20,000 nucleotides of DNA from an uncultured virus (IMG/VR IMGVR_UViG_3300010150_000013) (taxonomy: Duplodnaviria; Heunggongvirae; Uroviricota; Caudoviricetes). The notes beneath the pieces are model-generated. The model was given only the letters and a program-made list of their open reading frames with translations, was not told the origin of the DNA and searched no databases. How positions within the stretch are numbered: the stretch's first letter is position 1; each line of letters begins with the position of its first letter. The stretch spans positions 54,476-74,475 of IMG/VR virus record IMGVR_UViG_3300010150_000013; one strand, given 5' to 3'. Made by a program: the position numbers and the translations under genes. Shown one piece after another: positions 13,237 to 20,000 of this stretch.

Positions 13237-16200
13237 CAGGTAACTTCGATGTATTGGCAGCAATGAACTGACTAATTGGAGTGCTGTTTTTAAGCAGCGT
13301 AACGCCTGATGTAGCAGTATTTTGGCCTCTATCGTACCATACTTGTCCTTGTTGTTTTATAATACTAATTCGTGTACCTGCCGGAGGTACATTTGTTAGT
13401 CTAATATATGCTGACGACCCGTCAACACTAAATTCAGCTTCAACCTTCTCATCGCCTGCTGGGCTAGTTGAACCTTTAGTTTCGTTGTATTGATCAATAT
13501 ATGTTTTGCGTAGTCTTTTACCGCCAACAAATACTTCAATTGAGTCACATCTTCCATAAATTGCTGGAATTGTTCCTTCATACCAATCACTAACAGTACT
13601 TAGCTTAGGAACAAAAGGTAGTGGTCCAATGAGTTGACTGCTACCATCACTAACAAAATCTGTTCTTGATTGGGTATCTTTATATGGAATTGTTTGGTCT
13701 GTACTCAAATCAACTACATATGATCCTACAGGATTCAGTGTTTTAATTGCTGTACCCTGTGTACCTCTTCTCAAGTTGCTTAGTACATTACCATTCTTGT
13801 TCATGTACTCAATTTTCTCACCATCTATTTCAATAATACCTGGTATATTTTTGCCTGCAACAGGGTTAAACAATGTAGAAGCATCTGCAAGTGTAATACT
13901 TTCATCATAGTAAGTTAATTCTTTTGCCAATACTAAATTATCAGTAATTGCATATCTAGTGTAACGATTGATGTTTAACATATCTTTACTAACTTGATAT
14001 GCACTTGGTAATGCAAATACATTAGACCCAAACGCTACAATTTCAAAACTATCTGTATCTTTATTAGAACCTTCAATATATACAGCACCTCGTTCAACAT
14101 CTAAGCGATAATCAACATCTTGTATAAGTTTAGTTTTGTTTCTGTAAACCCATACATAACTTACACCCAATGGTTTAAATGCAATAGGATAAAATGCTTT
14201 ACCACCTGTATACTGATCACTAACAATTTCCATTGAAGGATATTCACTAAACCAAGTTACATCAATTGTATCACCTAGTGTTAATGCTGTCGAATCATTA
14301 ATAACAATGTTGTTACCTACCACAGAGTACTCTGCATTTAGGTTATTTTCAATTTTAATAACATCTCCGACCGTCAAATTTTCCGCAGTAACCTCAAGCT
14401 CTTTAGTTGTACCATTATAAACATAGTCTGTAATAAATGTTTTTAGCTCGTTGTTAATATAAACTTTAATGTTGTTTGGAACAATAGAACCTGCTGATGC
14501 AATAGGATCAACACCTAGTACATATTTTTTAGTTACTCCATCGTAAACATTGTAAACTGTGTCAACACTTTTTAGTTTTTTGTTGTTTACTTCAACAATA
14601 GTTGATGCTAATGCACTTTCTCTAGATAACTGAACAAATGTATCTAGGTCATAACTCTTAGTGCTACCATCATATGTAAATTCTTGTTGGTTAACTCTAA
14701 TTAAAGATTGCAATGAACTATCAACGTCTGCTGCTGCGCCAAATGCAACAATTCTAATCACTGCTAATCTATCAGGCTTTGTACCAAACTGTACAAGTGT
14801 TCTGTTTGGCGTGTCAGGTAATAAGTCTGTGCTGTCAATAAATCCTGTATCAGATTGTACACCGTTGACTGATACAAAAATATTTGAAGTATCAATGTAG
14901 TTTGCGTTAGTTAAGAATAATGTTGTGTCACCGTCTGCAATAAACTCTTGGTAATCAAGTATTGACACACCGCCTAATCCTATTGAAACTATTTCAATTT
15001 TAGAATTTTCTGCTGGAACACTTGCAAATTCAATTGTACTATTTGTAATGTTAACAGTATAAGTTGCTGGTGCAGATTTTATTCCGTCAATATAAACAAT
15101 TACTGATTTGTTTTCAATAATTTTTTGTCCTATTGGATATACTAATGTTGATCCGTCACCGATTCTAACATTAGATTTAACTGTTGCGCCCGCTGCATCT
15201 TTGTTTGAGTGGAATACTTTAATACTTAAACTATCTAAAACCTGTCCAGGAATGTTTTCTTCTGTTGCAGGAACTTGATCTGGACTAATATATTCACCAC
15301 CGTCTATTGAAATGTCTTCTGCATTTAATCCTGTTGCTGTTGCATAAGCACCTTCCATTGCTGACAATGTTCCACCTGATAACTTTGTATCTAATAAGTT
15401 GTTATCATTAATAGTTACAGCACCATCACTCTCTGCAGGACGGAAAATTAAAATATCACCGGGCTGCGTTGACACATAAGCACCAACTTCAACAATGTTT
15501 GTGCTACCGTCACCAATAAATGTTGGCATCTGTGCATGTGGATTCGTTGAAACTGAGCTATCCCAGTTATCAGTGTAATTAGGATCGTCAATTCTATGTG
15601 TTGGAGGTTCTTCAACCCCTTCTTCAACTTGTAAATTTAAAATATCGTCAGGTACTACTGTGCCTGCACGTTTTAAGTAGATATTAAGAACTTGTCCATC
15701 TACAGGAGTATAAGGAAGTGTTACATTAATTGTGCTTCCGTCTGCAACATAGTAATAATCTGCTGCTGACTCAACACTATCCCAACTATCAGTAAACCAA
15801 GGTAATGCGTCCCAACCACCTGTAACATCAAATGTGGTACCTTGTACTTGAACACCACCAAAGTCAATACCTGTCATTAGCTGATTCAGTTCTTTACCTA
15901 CCATTCCTGATGATGGATTGTAATATTTTTCAATTCTGCTTACACTATCTAAGATTTCATCATTCTTTGCATACGTTATATTAATAACTTCGTCTTTTGC
16001 TGGTGGAATTTTAAAAGTAATCTTACCTCTAAGTTGTTTATACACATCTGTTTCTAATGTAAACAAAGCAATATCGTATTCATTATTAAGAACTACTTGA
16101 CCGTCTTTAATAATTGAAATATTTGACTTATCTCTAGTTGGTGGATAAGTTAAATTAAACACTGCTGTTGAACCTGTAGCAGTAAACGACTCAGTTTGTG

Positions 16201-19200
16201 TAAAGTTACTATAAATTCCTGTTTTAGAAATTCTATCGAACTTCATATTAACATTTATAGAACGTGTTTTACCATTACCTAACACTGCAACTGCTCTTGC
16301 AACTGATGGTGAAGTACCATTACCACCTACAAGGGAAACAGTTGGTGTTGATGTGTATCCTGAACCGTGTTCTGTTAATTTGATTCCAGTAACTTTACCG
16401 TTTGAAACATATGCAGTTGCTTTAGCACCGCTTCCGCCTCCACCAGTAATTAATACTTTAGGTGCTTCTGTGTAATCTGCGCCTTTACCAGCAACACTTA
16501 TTTCAATAATCTGGTAACCTTTGTTATCGTTCCAGAATTTATAAGGATATGTTGCTAATATATCGTCAGTACTTTCAACAGGAACAATTTTTCCTTGTGC
16601 TTCTGAATAGTAAGGAGGTAAATCAAAGTCTGAAATAGCAGAATTTGTATTATCTATAGTGTCATACTTACTAATATATTCTCTTACTGTTGTACTGTAA
16701 GGTTTTACTTCGTTAATATAGTCTAAGTAACTTTCAAGACTGTCATTTTTGTAATTAGTTTTTTGTTTTAGTGTGCCAACATTGTGTGTTGCATTTAAGA
16801 AACTAGATTTAAACGCCCAGTCTACATAAGTTTGTTCTTTAAACACATATCTAATTGATGTAAAGAATAAGTTGTTCCACTCAACTGCATAATTTCCAGT
16901 TAAAACATCTTCTTTCAATGCTTGTAAAATAAATCTAAGTTCATTTGAAACTTCTTTATCATAAAAGTCAATATCAAATGAGTCTACGTTGTCATATCCA
17001 ACACCACTTGTTGCTGTATCATATAAGTCTGATGAGAATTGAATAGTTCCTTGGTACCTACCAATCATCTCGTAGTTGTTCATAGACTCGGTACTAACAT
17101 CAGTAGTTTTCTTAAACACTGCCCAGCCACCTGAACCGTATTCTTTGATTCTAATCAAGTCTCCAATTTCAACATTTATAGTTGGTTCTTCGTATACACT
17201 AACTATTTCTTTTACTATTCTTGAAGTAGGACCAAAGTCATTGTCCCACCAGTCAGCATATGACCAATATAACGGTGTATTATACGCTTGTGATCTACTT
17301 CTGTACCATGATTTTCTTACATCGTCCCAAGCATAAATGCTCCAGAAATTATTTGCAGTAGAATCGTTATTAACAAGCACACTAAACTGTCTTGGTTTAG
17401 TAGAAATGTATGTGTATAGTTTACCTTTATTAGTAATTGTTACACTGTTAACTCTACCTTGGTTGTCAATTGTAGTAACTGCTTCTGCACCTGTTCCGTC
17501 ACCTTCAAATTCAATAGTTGGAGGTATCTTATATCCAAACCCTGCATCTAAAATATCAATAGAGTTGACTTCATTATCAATAATATTTGCACGTAAGTTA
17601 CATTGTTTAATTCTAGATGTACCTACTTCAAGTAATTCAATATAGCTATCAACTGTTGTGTCATAAAGGTTTAATAAAGAACTTGGAATACTGTCTACTG
17701 AATTTAACGTTGTAAAGTTTAATGAATCAGCAAATGCTTCTTTGTGCATGATTGCGTTAACATTTGTAATTAAAGTTCTTAAGATAGACTTTCTATCAAC
17801 AAACATACTTTGTCTTGGTCTGTAACTTATACCATATCGTTGTTTAGCTGGCAAGTTAGGATCAGGTATTCTATTACCTTGTCTATCGTACCCAATTAAA
17901 CTATCAATCCATTTATTTTCTAATGATGTAGTTGGTAAACTATCTGCAACACCTTCAGTTAGAAGTTGATACTCGTTGTGTACTTGATTTTGATTTTCTT
18001 CTTGTGTAAAGTATTCAACATTTAGTACAGCAGAGCTTTCTGCTACTGATGCTTTGTAATTGAATAATAAAAATTTGTCTTTGTCAATAAATGCTGCATA
18101 TGTTTGTCCTAGTGCAGAAGGATCACTAATCAAATTAAACACATCTGCTGCTGAAATAGATCTATCAGTATTACCTTCAGGAACAGTAACTTTATTTCTT
18201 ACCCAATAGTAATAATAAACTTCTGTTTGTTCTCCTGTATTAGGATTAAATTCTGCTTTTATACTGTAAGCACTATCATCTGCATACAATGGTTGCCCAG
18301 ATATGCCTAGTGGTAAACCTTCATTAGTATCTGCAACTACTGCCCACTCCGAAGGAAGTAATTTAGACTGTACCCATTCATAAACATCAATTGATGCTCC
18401 AGGAGCCAATGCTCCCCATGCACCTACTCTATATGAAACTTCGCCTTGCTCATAGTCAAACCATTTAGCTGTTGAAATATCCCACCATAGTTTACCTACG
18501 TTTTTAGTTTTCCAACAAATAGAATCATCAACAACAGCACCTTCTGCTGTTCCTGTTGTATAAATTGCAGGATCGTATGGAACTTTATATGTAAGTTCTC
18601 TTTCTGCTTGTGCTAACAGTTTCATTTTAGCAGGATCAAAAATTTCTATGTCAAGAATTTTTATATCATCTTCAGTATCATAAAGTGAAATACGTTTAAA
18701 CTTATCAATGTCAACTGTTTGTGGTTGTGAGCCAATAACGTTTAGTGCATTTTGACCTTCAGTTTTTTCAAACAATCTAGCTGTACCTGTTTTATCTCCT
18801 TCAAATGCAATATCAACTCCGTGAGGTGCAGGAGAAATATAGTTAGGCGATCCAACTACAATAGCGTTTCTTGTAGCATATAAACTGTAACCAAAAGACT
18901 CGTTTAAAGAAAGTGTTTCGTCAATTTTCTCTGATAGGAAGTATCTCTCAGACTTACCTTTTTTCTCAAACACATAAACTGCTCCAGCAAATCCGTCATA
19001 ATCTCTAAACGTAGTTCTGTTACTGTCGTATGATGTTTGTGATCCATCAAATCTTGTCTGTAATGTAAACGGAGAATTAGTTGCACCAATTGCAATTATT
19101 TCAGTACCGCTTGAGATTGAAATATCTTGACCAAACATTTCATTTGGATAATCTGAGTAACTTGTTAATTTTTGTTTTAGTCTATAAGCAAATTCTGTTG

Positions 19201-19999
19201 AATCACTATCAAACTTAAACACATAAGCACTACCTTGATTCTGGAAGTTTTTATCTGCTAAAGGACTTGTAACAACTAATGTGTTACCTGAATAGTCTAA
19301 TCCAATAGCATAACCAAACTTGTCACCTGAGCTTATTGCTTCACTTGGATCAAGATCACTTAGGTATGGAAGAGAGTCTGCATTTATTTGCTGTAGTAAT
19401 CTATAAACACCAGCTGCATTCTTTTTGTATATGTAAACTTTACCTGAAGCAACGTCTGTGCTATCGCCTACGTTTACCCAAGGCTCGCCAGCATCTGGTG
19501 CTTCGTTATAACTTCTAATTGTACTATCTGCACCTACTGCACTTGGTCCTAAATTTTGTAATTGATGATAACTGCCTTGATACTTAACTGTATCGCCTTG
19601 CATATATTCGTAGTTAGGTCTCCACTGACCTTTAAAGTTATTAAAGTATTGTCCGTCACTGTTTGGTGCGCCTACTGCAAGTACTGTACCGTCATAGTTC
19701 ATTGCTAAAGAAGTACCAAAACGATCATCTACTTTAACTAACTCAACAAGTTGTTCGTCATCAAGTATTCCTGCATCAAGTGTTGAACCATCATCGTTAG
19801 TTGCTATTGACATCGGAAGTGAAGCACCTGTTGTTACTTCGTCCATCTTAACCCAATCGTTTGAGTAAATTGTTAATGAACTTCCGTCCGCAACATTATC
19901 AACTAATGCTTTCCACATATCTCCATTTGAAAATACTATTGAGTCCTTAGGATAAAAAGTAGAATCATCAGCAGCATAAATGCCTCTATAATTTTTATT
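13232..19999 (-). CDS. Giant multidomain virion protein, probable baseplate wedge component (>2250 aa); 5'-partial
   Basis: The frame stays open from 19918 to the window edge (NKNYRGIYAADDSTFYPKDSIVFSNGD-MWKALV), so the true start lies outside. Contains FG-GAP-like blades (FGTSLAM..LAVGAP, FGYAIGL..LVVTSP, FGQDISI..IAIGA, FGYSLY..IVVGSP), CBM5/12-like repeats, GxGY..PP/AP/TP repeats, an INEVKPY wedge-type motif, several (G/A)DG(S/D)T beta-sandwich repeats and IDGEKIEY...RRGTQGT. Confidence 0.8.
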   Translation of the reverse strand, partial: NKNYRGIYAADDSTFYPKDSIVFSNGDMWKALVDNVADGSSLTIYSNDWVKMDEVTTGASLPMSIATNDDGSTLDAGILDDEQLVELVKVDDRFGTSLAMNYDGTVLAVGAPNSDGQYFNNFKGQWRPNYEYMQGDTVKYQGSYHQLQNLGPSAVGADSTIRSYNEAPDAGEPWVNVGDSTDVASGKVYIYKKNAAGVYRLLQQINADSLPYLSDLDPSEAISSGDKFGYAIGLDYSGNTLVVTSPLADKNFQNQGSAYVFKFDSDSTEFAYRLKQKLTSYSDYPNEMFGQDISISSGTEIIAIGATNSPFTLQTRFDGSQTSYDSNRTTFRDYDGFAGAVYVFEKKGKSERYFLSEKIDETLSLNESFGYSLYATRNAIVVGSPNYISPAPHGVDIAFEGDKTGTARLFEKTEGQNALNVIGSQPQTVDIDKFKRISLYDTEDDIKILDIEIFDPAKMKLLAQAERELTYKVPYDPAIYTTGTAEGAVVDDSICWKTKNVGKLWWDISTAKWFDYEQGEVSYRVGAWGALAPGASIDVYEWVQSKLLPSEWAVVADTNEGLPLGISGQPLYADDSAYSIKAEFNPNTGEQTEVYYYYWVRNKVTVPEGNTDRSISAADVFNLISDPSALGQTYAAFIDKDKFLLFNYKASVAESSAVLNVEYFTQEENQNQVHNEYQLLTEGVADSLPTTSLENKWIDSLIGYDRQGNRIPDPNLPAKQRYGISYRPRQSMFVDRKSILRTLITNVNAIMHKEAFADSLNFTTLNSVDSIPSSLLNLYDTTVDSYIELLEVGTSRIKQCNLRANIIDNEVNSIDILDAGFGYKIPPTIEFEGDGTGAEAVTTIDNQGRVNSVTITNKGKLYTYISTKPRQFSVLVNNDSTANNFWSIYAWDDVRKSWYRSRSQAYNTPLYWSYADWWDNDFGPTSRIVKEIVSVYEEPTINVEIGDLIRIKEYGSGGWAVFKKTTDVSTESMNNYEMIGRYQGTIQFSSDLYDTATSGVGYDNVDSFDIDFYDKEVSNELRFILQALKEDVLTGNYAVEWNNLFFTSIRYVFKEQTYVDWAFKSSFLNATHNVGTLKQKTNYKNDSLESYLDYINEVKPYSTTVREYISKYDTIDNTNSAISDFDLPPYYSEAQGKIVPVESTDDILATYPYKFWNDNKGYQIIEISVAGKGADYTEAPKVLITGGGGSGAKATAYVSNGKVTGIKLTEHGSGYTSTPTVSLVGGNGTSPSVARAVAVLGNGKTRSINVNMKFDRISKTGIYSNFTQTESFTATGSTAVFNLTYPPTRDKSNISIIKDGQVVLNNEYDIALFTLETDVYKQLRGKITFKIPPAKDEVINITYAKNDEILDSVSRIEKYYNPSSGMVGKELNQLMTGIDFGGVQVQGTTFDVTGGWDALPWFTDSWDSVESAADYYYVADGSTINVTLPYTPVDGQVLNIYLKRAGTVVPDDILNLQVEEGVEEPPTHRIDDPNYTDNWDSSVSTNPHAQMPTFIGDGSTNIVEVGAYVSTQPGDILIFRPAESDGAVTINDNNLLDTKLSGGTLSAMEGAYATATGLNAEDISIDGGEYISPDQVPATEENIPGQVLDSLSIKVFHSNKDAAGATVKSNVRIGDGSTLVYPIGQKIIENKSVIVYIDGIKSAPATYTVNITNSTIEFASVPAENSKIEIVSIGLGGVSILDYQEFIADGDTTLFLTNANYIDTSNIFVSVNGVQSDTGFIDSTDLLPDTPNRTLVQFGTKPDRLAVIRIVAFGAAADVDSSLQSLIRVNQQEFTYDGSTKSYDLDTFVQLSRESALASTIVEVNNKKLKSVDTVYNVYDGVTKKYVLGVDPIASAGSIVPNNIKVYINNELKTFITDYVYNGTTKELEVTAENLTVGDVIKIENNLNAEYSVVGNNIVINDSTALTLGDTIDVTWFSEYPSMEIVSDQYTGGKAFYPIAFKPLGVSYVWVYRNKTKLIQDVDYRLDVERGAVYIEGSNKDTDSFEIVAFGSNVFALPSAYQVSKDMLNINRYTRYAITDNLVLAKELTYYDESITLADASTLFNPVAGKNIPGIIEIDGEKIEYMNKNGNVLSNLRRGTQGTAIKTLNPVGSYVVDLSTDQTIPYKDTQSRTDFVSDGSSQLIGPLPFVPKLSTVSDWYEGTIPAIYGRCDSIEVFVGGKRLRKTYIDQYNETKGSTSPAGDEKVEAEFSVDGSSAYIRLTNVPPAGTRISIIKQQGQVWYDRGQNTATSGVTLLKNSTPISQFIAANTSKLPE

Positions 20000-20000
20000 A

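Noticed and set aside
1168..13263. ORF-track starts at 1179, 6297 and 13263
   Set aside because: Each lies inside the upstream gene. The downstream ATGs at 1167, 6282 and 13224/13203 abut or overlap the upstream stop and fit translational coupling better.
1841..19095. Short alternative-frame minus-strand ORFs (1841-2044, 13396-13590, 18904-19095)
   Set aside because: They are 63-67 aa, nested in larger genes, and show no recognisable motifs; chance ORFs.
1697..19518. All plus-strand ORFs in the track (e.g. 4250-4702, 4721-5080, 9214-9759, 9976-10347, 10808-11353, 11789-12142, 17337-17645)
   Set aside because: They lie wholly or largely antisense to long, motif-bearing minus-strand genes, mostly in the mirror frame. 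They show the low-complexity Val/Pro/Ser/Leu/Ala composition expected from reverse-complemented Gly/Thr/Asn-rich codons and have no recognisable motifs.
19916..19918. ATG at 19918 as the start of the giant gene
   Set aside because: The frame is open to the window edge and this Met falls in the middle of a CBM-like repeat.
1..20000. tRNA, rRNA, CRISPR array, intron, intein or insertion sequence
   Set aside because: Intergenic gaps are under 60 nt. I saw no regularly spaced repeats, transposase or homing-endonuclease motifs, intein termini or broken reading frames.

Overview
This AT-rich window comes from the virion-structure (baseplate/tail) region of a large tailed dsDNA phage, probably a T4-related or jumbo myovirus. 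All credible genes are on the minus strand, tightly packed and often translationally coupled, and they use the standard code. In transcription order the window contains: (1) the 3' part of a giant (>2250 aa) baseplate-wedge-like protein; (2) a ~220 aa fibre-attachment-like protein; (3) four paralogous tail-fibre/spike proteins with a shared N-terminal module and different C-termini; (4) a 2OG-Fe(II) dioxygenase and a chaperone-like gene, inserted directly behind the third fibre; (5) two paralogous virion proteins; (6) a 116 aa protein; (7) two tandem DxD (GT-A fold) glycosyltransferase-like genes, the second cut by the window edge. T4-type late-promoter-like motifs (xxTAAATA) lie at four gene boundaries. 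The most notable signals are an RNA hairpin at 1523-1575 that would hide the ribosome-binding site of the 116 aa/glycosyltransferase operon and carries the late promoter in its loop, and the placement of an oxygenase and glycosyltransferases among fibre genes, which suggests a virion-decoration system. All functional calls come from motif recognition by eye; no database searches were run.
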